A stretch of 56,572 nt of DNA, filler included, from Sphacelaria rigidula (Eukaryota), in assembly GCA_964200075.2 (NCBI GenBank). It is 5 parts of 5 records of this genome, joined end to end, with 100 filler letters (N's around TTAATTAATTAA, not from the genome) between each part and the next. Parts side by side here need not be neighbours in the genome. Positions count along the whole stretch, not along the records: positions 1 to 11,236 come from CAXNAA020005190.1; positions 11,337 to 22,572 come from CAXNAA020005191.1; 3 more parts are not named here. The stretch is one strand, 5' to 3'. The translations under genes and the position numbers were made by a program. The notes under the pieces are model-generated. The model was not told the origin of the DNA, ran no database searches, and saw only the letters and a program-made list of their open reading frames with translations. Shown piece by piece: positions 1 to 12,057 of the stretch (the first letter of the stretch is position 1; each line of letters opens with the position of its first letter).

Positions 1-640
1 CTGTGAACGGGTGTTATTTGGCGTGGTGGCCTGTAAGATAAGAGTCAAGTGCCGCTTCGTGCCTGTCAATTGCACGTTTCGATGGATTTGTTTTTCAGTC
101 GTTGCGTACTTCTCCGCGCGGCGCTAATCATGATTTTGAGTTGAAGCCTTCGAGGAACATAAATTCGGTAGACCTATCAGATAATACATTTTTTTTCGAT
201 CGAAAAAAAAGGTGCTAAGACACGCCCCAAGGCAGGGCCTTCGTTGTTTCCTCTACTCTCACAATATCTCAAACATCAGTGGTGCATGCGGTCGGGGGAT
301 TGCGGATCGTCGGGAACTAGGTGATTGATTCATTGATTGTCGCGCGTGACGTGTTCCCTCCGATATCCACCCGTCGTCACATGATAGACGCATCTTACGC
401 GAGGAAGGAACGGAAAAAGTGAAGGGACGATTTACCACACGGAGACGTGAACAACGAAAGAAACGTGGGCACACGCACAATAGCACAGAAGGAAGTGGAC
501 ACGCGAAGACGAGAAAAAGAAACGAGAACTGCGGAAAGGGCAAAACACATGAAAAACGAGGAAGTAAAGGGGAAAAAAACCGCTGGATTCAAGGCAGCAG
601 GGGATATACGCATTGAAGCATTCCGGACGTACATACGCAC

Positions 641-783
641 CGTCCTGTATGCTTCGGCCAACTCCTGCGCGGTGACCTCTGACTTTTTCGTCCTCTCCTT
701 AATGCCCTTCGTGTTCTCGGCGTGGAGGTACAAAGTGTCGTACGTTGATCGCGCGGTTATGGTCTCGGTGGCATCATTGAGTG
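641..783 (-). CDS. Probable second exon of the ParB/Srx-domain gene ((A)LNDATETITARSTYDTLYLHAENTKGIKERTKKSEVTAQELAEAYRT)
   Basis: Minus-strand CAG acceptor (784-786) and GTGCGT donor (from 640). The peptide reads as a natural continuation of ...MRVLGD, like the Asn-containing helix that follows ParB N-terminal domains. The upstream donor near 1515 is not clean. Confidence 0.5.
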
Positions 784-1514
784 CTGCCGAACGCCGCACG
801 ATCATTACAGCATAAACAAGATGTGCGAGCAGGGGGTGCGGGGAAAAAGGGACCAGCAAACGTAAATTATTAGTATGGCGGTGGAAGCCGGTCTAAAGCC
901 AGATTCATGTCCGCAAAGGAAGTAGGGACATGATTGACACCTACGCATTTCTATGCTGTGCGGGCATGCGATACATATCCCTGCGGTGCTCAGTTACAGG
1001 GTGCCTCAATATCGTGCGGGGGATCAGCAAACATGTACGTGCTCGAACCCTATTCATGACCACATGCGCTGCGCCAAATTTTGAACGTGAAACAAACGAA
1101 TCTCGCCAGGAAATATTGCTCTCCTACTTCTTTTTCGGGAGGCCGTTCCGTGTGTGTAACAACCAGGGCGAGACAGAAACGGAAGTAAACTGACAAACGT
1201 AGGTCGCCAACCACGGCGATTACAGCCGCAGAGTTGTTCTCCTCGACCTTCAGAATGCGGGACATGTGGTTAAAAACAAAAGATTGCACATAAGTAGACA
1301 GCACACCGCGCCACTGCAGCACATGAAACTTGAGACATTGCCACCAAAATTGGTACTTCCTGCGGGGCGGCGAGCGCATGTGGGGTATCTGTGTCACATG
1401 TTGAGATCGATGGTGAATACCGCCGACTGTTAAATGCTGCACGCACGCCACAAACCGTTCGTCGATTCACAACAAGCGGGTACTCAAGCGGGAACATAGG
1501 CACGCGGCAAACGT

Positions 1515-2132
1515 TCAATCGCCCAAGACCCTCATGGCAGCAGCATCGAACGCGTAGTGCACACGGCAGCGTAGTCTCGTATCTTCGCTCATGATCTTCT
1601 TGGCCGCTGCGAGTCGATGGTTTCCGTCAAGTACTTTGTAGACGGCTGTCGGAATGCAGTCCTCGGTGAACTCGCCGTTCGGCAGCCCTTCCCTGTTCAC
1701 GACTAGCGCAGGCTCGGCGTGCGGGAGCCATCCCTTCTCCGTGATGGACTTCACCATCGCATCTAAACCTCTTTCGTTCAGCGGGCGCGTGAACGCCGTC
1801 AGCCTTATTCGGCTAAGAGGCACGTCGAAGCAAGCGATGAAGTTTTGGGTCAGACTGTTCGCGAGGGTTCCCTGGCTATTGTGACCCCGCTTTTCGGGCC
1901 CAGCACCCCCCCCGCACATCAGCCACGGCCCCAGACATTCCACCGGCACCGGATGTGAATAACCGATGGCGGTTTGTGTTGCTATATTGAAGCGGAGGGC
2001 GGTGTGTCCGGACGGAGGTGAAACTGCAGGCGCGGCAACTTGGGAAGATACGGTATCGCCATTTGTGTTCCGTTTCGTAGCACGGGTCACCCGTTATTTA
2101 TCGCGCCGACATGCGCGATATGTCAGTGGCAT
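1515..2132 (-). pseudogene. ParB/sulfiredoxin-like N-terminal domain protein, first exon (probable transposon accessory gene)
   Basis: ORF 1515..2090 contains VPLSRIRL...TRPLNERGLDAMVKSITEKGWL...PALVV...YKVLDGNHRLAAAKKI, the ParB/Srx pattern, with DGNHR at 1614-1628. An in-frame ATG at 2132 is separated from it by one TAA at 2094-2096. Confidence 0.8.
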
Positions 2133-2506
2133 CTCACTGCGGGAAAACTGATTGTGGTATGTGGATACGCGCATTTCATGTGTGACGACGAGCTTTTATG
2201 GTTATCCCATCGACCACGTCTCCACCTCTTGGAACGCGGCTTCGCAACGTTCTTTTTTGCGGACTAACCACCCGTGCATACACGTGGGGTCCCGGTGCGG
2301 GCATGGAGCGATGTGCGAGGAGTACAAACGGAACACGAAAACGGAATAAAGGTTTCGGATCAGAAAACCCGCGCAATGCCACTATTTGCGATTACTACAA
2401 CCGCTCAATCGAATGAAGGGGTACTATGCATCGTGCACGGATATTCAACGGAGATTTAGGAAGCTCATCCGACCGTTGTGAACTTTCATCCGAGAAGAGA
2501 CGCTAG
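2133..2506. promoter_or_regulatory. Putative bidirectional promoter between the ParB-like gene and the Sola1-like transposase
   Basis: 374-bp interval between two divergent candidate ATGs (2132 minus, 2507 plus). Position only; no motif identified. Confidence 0.3.
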
Positions 2507-5500
2507 ATGCCTTCCGGGCGCCGACTGGCAGACAAGTCGGGCGTGAGCAGCAATTTTCAAACGACACACTGTCCGCCCGCAGCGGCCAAGTCCACCTCGC
2601 AGCACTGCAACCTGAGCGCGTACGTGGCAAGTCGAGTGGTGTTCGCCCAACGTGAACGTCAGCGGCCAGGGAAACCCTCACATGGAGGTGAAGATGTCCC
2701 CTCTCCCGCAGGTCTGAGCCCATGCCCCCTCCAGACCATGAGCCCAAACACCCCACCTCTCCACGGCTCCTCCCACAGCACCCTACATTGGGGCAGTATA
2801 GGCCGAGACACGGGAAGCCGATCCCTTCAGAACGATTCGAAGAGCACGAGACGGCCGACTACTACCGACGTAATAGACATGGTGCAGATGTCATTTCGGT
2901 GCTGCAAGACACTGAAGTGTGTTGAGGGTTTTGTTTGCGGTGCCCGTGATATCGTCGTACTGCGCGCGGAGCAAGCGGAGTTTGCAAAACTGAGGTCATG
3001 CCGCGCTAGGCTCGACTGGGTGCGTCGCCAGGTGCCGCTTGTGAAGGTCAGAAAACATCGGGAATCCATGCTAGCGGCGAACGAGTTGGTTTGTAATTCG
3101 TTTTTCGCACTTGCGTTCCGAGTGTCGCACAACACCATCGAGTCCGCGAAGAGGAACCCACGGTCTTCGGTAGTCCTGAACAGGTATGTCGTGCCATGAC
3201 TTACAGTGTTCCGCGGGATCGACACCAACTACTCAGGCTGTCCCCGTCGCCCGTGCTCGGTGTGCACTTTAATTGTTACACCGATCACGCGGGGTCGTGC
3301 GTGTGTGTATGTATCGGTGTGTGCACGGGTGTTTATCGTCCCATCTATTCTGGAGATCTGCACGCCGGTGTACACCTCTCGGTGTCTCTGGGCGTACCTG
3401 CGGGGGGGCGCGCAGGGGAAAGATCAGCACAGAAGCTTTTTCTTGTTTTTGTTTTGAGCACTGTACTCCGCCGTCGTTCTGCGGTGCTCACCTTTCGTTG
3501 TTGACCGGAACAGGGGTCATGTTTAAATATGGATACATTGTTTGCAGTGCTGGTCGATGTTCATGTGGCCGGCATGCTTTCATGAGTTCAGTTGGGTCGC
3601 AGCGCGTACACCGATCCATCATGGCGGCGTGCAGCTCCTCACAAAAGTGCACAGCTTCTGCAGTCAGCACAAGTTCACGGCGAAGTAATGGAGTCGCGGT
3701 GCCACTAATCTATTCCGAACGCCAGCGCAGTGTAGCAAACGTCACCGTGTAGCGCTTGCATCATTTGAACGCATGGGATTTAAATTTGAAACCCCCACAA
3801 CCTATCGCACAGGCACCTATCCCGCACGTCGACATCGCCGTGCCAACAGCAACCTCTCTTGAAGCCCATACAGACAGACCATGAGTGCATGACAGCGGTG
3901 CAGCCCACGCTATGCCGAGTTTCGATCGGCCGTGTGCCGTGACGATTCCGATTCCACCTTCCTCCGCACTGTCCAACCTACCGCGACGTCGATCCATCGG
4001 CGTTTCTCCGACGACGTGTTTGACATGCAGGGCTGATAGCTCACAGGTACGCAGCCGACACGAGCACGTCGTGGCGTTTCTCGACCACTTCGCCGCAAGT
4101 TTCGGACAGCACATGCCCCATAGAGACGACACGTACCTCTACCTTCGAAGCAAGAAGGTGGGTTGTCCTGGTGTTCAACATCAAGTGCGAAGTTGCATGG
4201 TGCCACCTGTCAAGGACTTTGTACTAGGCCCAAACATTTCGTCTTCGATCAAGCTATGAACACCCCGACGTCTACCTTACTTCATATTAGGTTGATATAC
4301 ATTGCACCTGCAAGGCTCTCGTTGACTCTTCCGATCGATCGCCACGCTCGATGCTCCGCACGTCTCTCACCCGGGCCAGTCACATTGCAGCTCCTTCCCC
4401 CGGCGAGCGTGCGTAGCAGTACAGCGAAGGTTTTTCGCACTCATTTTCGTATTAATGCAGCCCCGTCAGACCTGCAGTCGAGGGGCCTCTCCGTAGCACG
4501 CCGCTGTCATCATGAGAACGATGTACATGTGCCCCCGGTATTTTTATCTTCCCAACCCCACGTTGATTGGAGGACAGGTATCTGTTACCCGATATTTGTT
4601 GACGTCATATGATGGACGGATTGTCGATGCGGGGATCATCACACGAATATGTTGATGGCCAAGACCGGGCTTGCGCCGGTCATCCTGGTATATAGCACGA
4701 GGATACTATCATGAGATGTACAACGGGAGTGTCAACGCCGTCGGTACAACCCTACCTCTACCGATGACAAATCATCCCTTGTCGGGTTTATGGTCGGCAC
4801 GTCCCGCAGGAGCTGTATACACTTTGCAAAGGACAGGAGGCGGGAGGATTAGTTGGGAGCGAAGATTTTTTTTATCGCGTTTGGCGAGAGGCACGACCCA
4901 AGCTGCAGCCCAAGGTCGGTTCGACGTTCATGAAATGCCACGCCTGTACCGTGTACAAGGACACCCTGAACGGCACCCCTAGTGTCAGGGCGACACAGGA
5001 TCCCACCATCGTCGAGGCGGTTTAAGCTGAGCAGAAGGAGCATCCGGAGGTGAGGGCATGCTGTGGGCATCGCATGTTCTTGCAGCAATGCTTCGTGTGA
5101 AAATTACTCCATTTTCATGCACTCGTGGTTGATTCGTGCCGCACGAAAGCACCCTCGACCTTTGCTTTTAGGGTTGCAGCCAAGGTACACTGAGTCCAGG
5201 CACATGAAACGGCGCAAAATCACCCCGGCTAAATTTTGGGTCTGAACCTTTGTTTGGTTTGGTTTTGGGCTTGAAGCACGCTGCGGAAGCGAGCATAAAC
5301 CGCCGGATTCTTGGCTTCATGGAAGGTGATCATGAATCATTTGTAGCAAACCCAAATGAGTCAAATCACTACGGGTCGGCACCCCAAGACCAGAACAAGC
5401 ACAGTCGAGGACGTTTTCGCGAAAAACGCCTCGAGAGGAATAACTTGGGGCAAAAGACCGAGGCGGGGGAGGGGGGGCAGTTGCGACGAACCCCAAACTC

Positions 5501-8500
5501 TTCACCCGTCTGCGACCGCAGCAACCACTGCAACGGCCGCACTAGTGTGACTAAGGGGGTGTCGCCGGAGGGTCCGCGCTATTTATTTGGCGTGATCATT
5601 TTTACTTGCTTGTTGGAATCATGTTGAATCATCAAAGAACTGTTGTTATTGATGAACAAATTGAAAGCAACATTCCATCCAAGTTTATTCATGAAACACA
5701 CGACCGAACGAAGCACGGCTCGTGCGAATTATTTCGACAACGTCTTGCTGAGCAGGTGACGCCCGAAAGGGTGATGAACACTTGTCTCGTTTGAGATCCC
5801 AAGGATCGTTGCAGTTGCTTGGCGGTATTTTCTGCCACGCAACCACGCGCGACGCACGTATCATCATCGAACGGCCGGCATCTTTTTCCTGCGCCCGCTC
5901 CAACAAATCGTATGTCCAAACGCTTCGGTTTTGGGCTGCCCGGGTGCAGGCCAGCATCCTTGACGCGAAGACACCGTTCCATTCCGTGTTGTGGTTCCGG
6001 AACAGGAGGAAAATGTTTTGGGACACTATTTTCCGATATTTTGAAGGGCTTTGAACTGGACCAGTTTGCATTGGCAATTAAAAAGTGTTTCACTGGCACT
6101 GATGAGGACTCCACGTTCTCGAGTTTATTTGAAGTTGCCGGCTGTGATTAAACCATTTTTAGTATCGTTCGTTTACAACAAAGATGCTCACATGATTACG
6201 AACAACAATGACGATAGGACTAAACCCGACAACAGCACAGGTACAGACAGTAAAGTACAGAACTCGTGGTCACTGCATCTTGGAGTGATATTGCGGATAT
6301 ATGCCAGGCTGCTCGTTTCATAGCACGACATACATCTGGGGTTTACAATAGCACACAAACGGTTATCCGAGGCCACAACATACCAAGTACCCCATGACTT
6401 GCAATCCACCCGCATGCGTGATTGTGGGTCCGTCCGTCAATCATTTTGCGCTGTTATCTCCGCGTGTTGCCAGCCTCGGCTTGTTTGCATCAACCTCTCC
6501 TCACTGAGAGTCTGCCGCTGCATGATACAGATGCTTCCGATGAGATTTGAATGTCATCCGACAGTGCCCTCCCCCTAAAAAAAACATCCGAGACCCTGTG
6601 CCCCTTGTTTGAATCCTGGAGTCTTGGCGGTGGGACGGGGGGAGAGGGGCACTAAATCTGATGAAATAAATGAGGAATAGACAAAACAAAATAAAATAGA
6701 TGAGGAGTATATAAAGCTTCAAATTCGTGTTCATGAAGCTTTATTTTTTTCAATTAGCTTCGGGCTAAGTGAGGCCAAGATATATATATTCTGTGCTTCC
6801 CCCCCCCCTTCCCCCCCCCCGCTGCCGGAACGAGCCTGACTCTGTCTTCTTGTCTATTGAATTCTCTTTTTTTACATTCTATTATTACTTTTTTTTTCGT
6901 TCTATCATCATTTTTTTTCCTTTCTTTCATTTTTCTCTCATTGTTTTCATGTTTCTTTTTTTGTTTCTGATAACAAGCTGGAGTGTTGCTATCAGCTACG
7001 TAATGCACGATCATCATCCTTTTTGTCTTTGTTCATGCTTGTGTTTGTCGTTATTTTGTTGTTACAGCTGTTCGTTCCTGTTATTGTTTGTTGGTGGTGG
7101 TTGTGGTGGTGATGGCGGTGTTTTTGTTGTTGTTATCGCTGCCCCCTTTCTTTCCTTTCTGAGGCCGTCGCTTCTGTCGTTTTTCCGTTCCTTTCTTGCG
7201 TTATTGTGTTTTTTTATTATTCCGCTCTATTTTTGCTGCTCCCGACCACGGGCTGGATTGTTGCAATCAGCTAATGTGAGAAAATCAATGAAATGAACCA
7301 ATCAATGAATCGATATTCGTGGGTTTCGGCGATACGTCGCACATCACACTTCCACGACAACAAGACCAGACAAATACCACAAAGGAAAAAGGGGCTTGCT
7401 CAAGTAGGCTAGACGCAACCAGCTGCACAGTCGACTTGCACCCAATGTGCGTCGCAAGTTTTGGTGGCAGATACGGCCAACAGTCATGGGCGCCACGTCA
7501 CCGAAGTCGCCCCGAAATGGCTATTTATTGAGTGTTCCCCCATGTAAAAAAATAAAAAATCGTAGGACCGCCGCAGGGGGGAGAGTACGTCGGATTTCGG
7601 AGAGTTTTTTTCGGGCACTCCTGTGTCACCCAAGACGTTTGGTTCCTCAATGCGAGGGGTCACATTCCGTACAATTTTCCACATTATTGAAGAAAACACG
7701 AGCTGAATACCGCAATTGTTCTCGCCTGCGGCGGCGCTCCCGCGGGACCCCCCCACCAGCCGGGGAGGGCCGTTGGCAGCTGGCGGCGTCGCCGCTCGCC
7801 GATGATGTTTTCCCGTCAATCGGCGAAGCTGATAAACTGGGAAACAACCGATGTACTGGGCGCGCCAGCGGCCACTTTGAAGTTAACTGGCCAGAGCAGC
7901 CAGTGCACGGCCCCAGTTTTTTGTCTTTCTCGACCGCCCGTGGGGGAGGGGGGGGGCGCGGAGTGCATGAAGAGGTACACTCTGCAAGGCCCCTCGCTTC
8001 GTGCGACAGACGGGTCTGCTTCGACGTGTGGTGACAGTGTTCGTACCGTTCGAACTGCGTACCTTGTAGTTTGGAGAATGTTTTGCTCACCTGTTGCAAG
8101 GCGTTCTAGCCGCTGGCCATACCTAACCCTGAAGCTGACAACACAAGCGTGTACGAGGGGTCGGAGTATAAAATAACTTGTAGTCCACCGAAAGTGTCGT
8201 CGCACCCGCCCAATCCCTACCCCGCTGCCGCCGTACCCCCTTCTACAGATGGCCGCGTTCACCTCGTCTCGATCATCTCCCGCTTACCCCCCCCAACGCT
8301 TCGCAGAGAGTCGATCGGGACCGACAATATCTTGCCAACATCGCAGGCGCGGCACGTCGGGCGAGGGCGGAGCTGACCCCGCTGAAATGCGTGTCGCTCC
8401 AAGCAGATGCGGCCAATCAAACGGCGTTCGCGCTACCCATGTGCTCGACAGTGACGCACGGAACGGGCAAGTGAGAGCAATTTCTGTTCAAGAGGCCTCG

Positions 8501-9232
8501 CTATCGCCTTGCTTCGGGTCTCGCGATCACGAGGGCTTCGTCGCAGCCCACCGCATTCGGATCAATAGCTTTCACGCGGGCTGCACCGCGCATTTTCATT
8601 TCTTTGTAGGACCCGGGATGGGCATTAATGTAATGTGAACACTAACCCTGTGCATGACGTGCATGCAAGATGATAATGACGTCGGGCATGGGGTCGGGGG
8701 GCAGACGGGGGATGGGGTGCACAGTTGATCACTGTCGCGCCATCTATTGGCTTAAATGCGACGGCTCATGCCGGAGATTCTCCAGGTGGACATGATGTTC
8801 TCCCGTGCTGATGTGTCCCCAACTACCTCATGCCACCTCCCCCAACTGTGATCAACCTTGGGGCTGACGACTACCATTGCGTTATTCGTCACCTCATTGC
8901 GCAGGGGCTTCTCCGAACGCCAGAAGGTGATGGCCGTTCTGATTGAAGGGCAGTTCGTCGAGATCTTCCTTACGCCACAAACTGTGGGCGGAGGTGAGAT
9001 GAGTTGGTTCTCTGTTATGAGCGTTCCCCTGATGCCGTGACAGCGTGCTGTACTACCCGCCCCAAAGTACAAAACAATTAGGTCATCATATGAGAGGACG
9101 ACGGGCGACTTACAGGTAGGAAGGTGGTTGAAGCATAACCCCGTGACCATGACATCACATCCTTGTAAGAGAATCCCCGTGTATCCTCGCCGTTCGTAAT
9201 GCTCGAATGCTCTTGTTGTTTTGCGCACGCAG

Positions 9233-9482
9233 GTGGCAACCTCATCTGTACGGCCATTCATCGGGCACTGTCTCGCCTGTTCGAGACGCACTCCGTAGAG
9301 GAAAATGACCCATACATCTCCGAACTGTACATCCAAGGCGACAATTGCGTTGGGGAGAATACGAATCATATCCTCTTGGGGTACATGGGCTCGCTCGTCG
9401 GGCGCGGCGTAGTGGGCCGAGTGGAGATAAACTTTATGACGGTGGGGCACACGCACATCCTCATCGATCAGGTGTTCTCGAG
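9233..9482 (+). CDS. Catalytic-core exon of the Sola1-like/DUF7869 transposase
   Basis: GGNLICTAIH...LYIQGDNCVGENTNHILLGYMGSLVGRGVVGRVEINFMTVGHTHILIDQVFSR matches the LxxQxDNCxxENKN...FLxVGHTHxxIDQxFS signature. AG acceptor at 9231-9232. Confidence 0.9.
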
Positions 9483-10447
9483 ACAAGTACGTCATGTGAA
9501 GCCGATGTTGGCGGTGCTGTCGACTGCCACGCGATTCTTTGAGAAACACGCGGTTGGGCTGGTGTCGAGCCTGTTGAGTGTATGCTTGCCTCCTGTACCC
9601 CCGCGATGGACATGAATCCGGGAGGTTTGCACGGGAGGGTTTTTCGGGGATCAAACGCTCGGGACGTCAACGTCCACCAGGGTTGGTACATTAATCCCCG
9701 CGGTTTTCCCCCTTCAAACAAACGGCCCGCCGCCGCCTAACCCACGCGGACGTTTATCACGCAAAAGCAGCAGTGTATGCCCTGCCTTGTCGTTGAAAGC
9801 GTGAACATCATATTAGGACCCCCCCCCCCGGCCGCCCTCTCTTCCCCCGTGCCCCTCATGGGCTTTGGGACAGTCGCCCATGATGTCGTAAAACTTGCCA
9901 CTCACTGCGTACGCTCGGCCGCCACGTTACCGTTTGTTTTGGCAAGTTTGCATTCTGTTGTTGACGTAACCATAACGGTAGTCGAGGTAGATCATGTGCG
10001 GCACGGGCAGATCTCAAGTCCGCGCGAGGGGGATGAAAGTTCCAGTCGTGGCTGTCTCTCAAAGTGGCGATACCGGAAAACGAAGCAAGTCGTCGTAGGC
10101 TACACACGTGAATATCGGACCAGAGTAGTCGCCTTTTCCATCATTTTGTTTTTCATCTTGTCTTCATTTTATTGTGTTTGTCGTGTAGTTTTGACGAGAA
10201 ATGAAAATTGCTCTTGTGCGTTATCTCAATTTTCGGTTCAAGTTTTAGAAATGTCATTTGCAACCTAGTATAGAGAACCACAAACGTGTACCAAGCGGCG
10301 TATCTTGGGACACACGAGATAAAACAGAAGTGGTCCAGTGCTTCGCCGTATTTCCCCCCCCTTCCCCCACACTCAATGATCTTATGACTATGGCATGCTT
10401 GATCATGAGTACACCCCCTTCCCCCCCACACCTCCCCCCTCAGGTAG

Positions 10448-10503
10448 CCTGGTCCGCCGAAAACCCGGCGTGCTCCGACCCGGCTTTATAGGAATGCGAG
10501 GTC
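10448..10503 (+). repeat. Short dispersed repeat (second copy inverted at ~23497-23553)
   Basis: gcctggtccgccgaaaacccggcgtgctccgacccggctttataggaatgcgaggtc aligns with the reverse complement of 23497-23553; both have similar ctatggcat/atgagtacacc flanks. Confidence 0.75.
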
Positions 10504-11236
10504 CATCGTCTTTTGACTATGGCATGCATGACCATGACTACACCCCCCCTCCAGTGACGCAGTGAAAGCAGACCCCTGGAGAGGCCTTTCGGTCTGAGAT
10601 TCTGGGGGTCCACGCCTCCCAAACAAAATATTTACATAGTATTCGTCGGTCCACCGCCCGAAGGAAACGAAAACAGGTGTCGTCCGAAACTTCGCGAATG
10701 GATGCCGTGACTGACGCCGAAATCCCAGCGCTATTGCGGCGTTTGACCGTCCGCGAATGACTGACCCTCCCACCCATCAACGGCCCCGCTTCTTGCGTCG
10801 GATGATGCATATCCACGTACATACCGCGCCTGCAGGCTGTCTGTCCACTGCAAGGGGGTCGATCTGTTCACGCGGCGACAGCAAGCTGACGCCTTCAGAG
10901 ATGCCTACAAGGAGTTGCCGGTTCACACCACTACGCTTCGCGCGCTAGGAAATTTCAAGGACGCCTGTCTCGGTGGCGGCCGGGTTATCACCATCCCAGG
11001 CATCAGTCACCCGCGTGCGTTCGAGTTGAGGCCCGCTGGGGATAATCAGGTGACAGTGGGCATGAAGGAGTCCATGCACGCACCGACTTTCACCGGGAAG
11101 ACCGCCGCGGGAGTGTACGAGGGTGAGCCTCGGGTTCTCTTCCGAGGTGGCCTTCCCCTTGTCGAAGAAGCCCCGCCGTTCGAACTGAAGACGGTCGACC
11201 CCACAGCGATCAAGTACATCAGGCAACGGTACAAAG

Positions 11237-11336
11237 NNNNNNNNNNNNNNNNNNNNNNNNNNNNNNNNNNNNNNNNNNNNTTAATTAATTAANNNNNNNN
11301 NNNNNNNNNNNNNNNNNNNNNNNNNNNNNNNNNNNN
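11237..11336. other. Artificial contig linker N44-TTAATTAATTAA-N44
   Basis: Seen directly; six-frame stop spacer between N runs. Confidence 0.98.
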
Positions 11337-12057
11337 GGGGGGGGGGGGGGATAGTGTGGGTCCAGAATTTGTTTCCTGAGCGCCCTTGTACAGGTTGGTT
11401 CACGGTTATCACCCAAAATTGTGTCATCAGCAAATGCCTTTAGCAATACGCACCCAATAGTCGCATACATGATATCATACTGACCGCCATGGACAGCTGA
11501 AGAGCGTGACATAGCCGGATTTTAGTGTAAGGCCACAGTGGTAGCGCTAAGGGCGAAAAGGTATATTGACCAATCAGCGCCCGTCAAATTGTTCCGAAGT
11601 CGAAATTACGAATTCCAACCCCAATATTCACCCAAGCTCCTCATGCTCCAATTCGTAGTAACGAGCCATGCTACGGTAGGGGTGCACTTTTTGCGCGAAA
11701 TTATGTCTGAGGTCTGCCCGCCCTGGGTTAGTCGACCGGTGAAACGTCGCATGAATTGCGCATCCTTGCTCGCACGTTCGGCGCAACTTGGATTATGTAT
11801 CCCCCGGGGTTTAACATTCCCCCGTGCAACCCCCGATCCAGCCCCCACACGAGGAAATTCATATAATTAGTGTCTCATCCCAAACCGCACTTGCTCAACT
11901 GCACCACAACATGCCAGTAAGAAAACCGTGCCTGCGCACCACCTTCATAACATCGAATGCTCGCCTTTTACGGTCTCTGCATTCGGTACCTTTCTACGTA
12001 TCCCTCGTCCACTATCCACTCGACCCCCGCGTCCCAAATTGTGCGTCGGTCTCCCTG

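Larger units (their letters stand above)
2507..11236 (+). pseudogene. Multi-exon Sola1-like / DUF7869-type DDD transposase, inactivated and truncated by the contig end
   Basis: Phase-compatible exons: 2507-3183 (CCKTLKC...VCNSFFALAFRVS), 4031-4157 (AFLDHFAASFGQHMP), 4810-5049 (FYRVWREARP...FMKCHAC), 8307-8470 (DRQY...ADAANQTAFALP), 8905-8993 (QKVMAVLIEG), 9233-9482 (LYIQGDNCVGENTN...FMTVGHTHILIDQVFSR), 10836-11236. Lesions: in-frame TAA at 5023-5025 and a donor reading ACAAGT at 9483. Confidence 0.85.

Noticed and set aside
1050-1451. Minus ORF segment FNHMSRILKVEENNSAAVIAVVGDLRL as an extra ParB-gene exon
   Set aside because: No convincing splice borders, and the ParB exon reads naturally into the exon at 783.
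6769-7296. Hydrophobic 175-aa ORF resembling a membrane protein
   Set aside because: Translation of T-rich low-complexity intronic DNA.
8752-9654. 300-aa minus-strand ORF
   Set aside because: Antisense shadow of the plus-strand transposase exons 8905-8993 and 9233-9482; no recognisable motif.
11281-11292. TTAATTAATTAA as a biological motif or piggyBac site
   Set aside because: Artificial linker repeated identically at all four joins.
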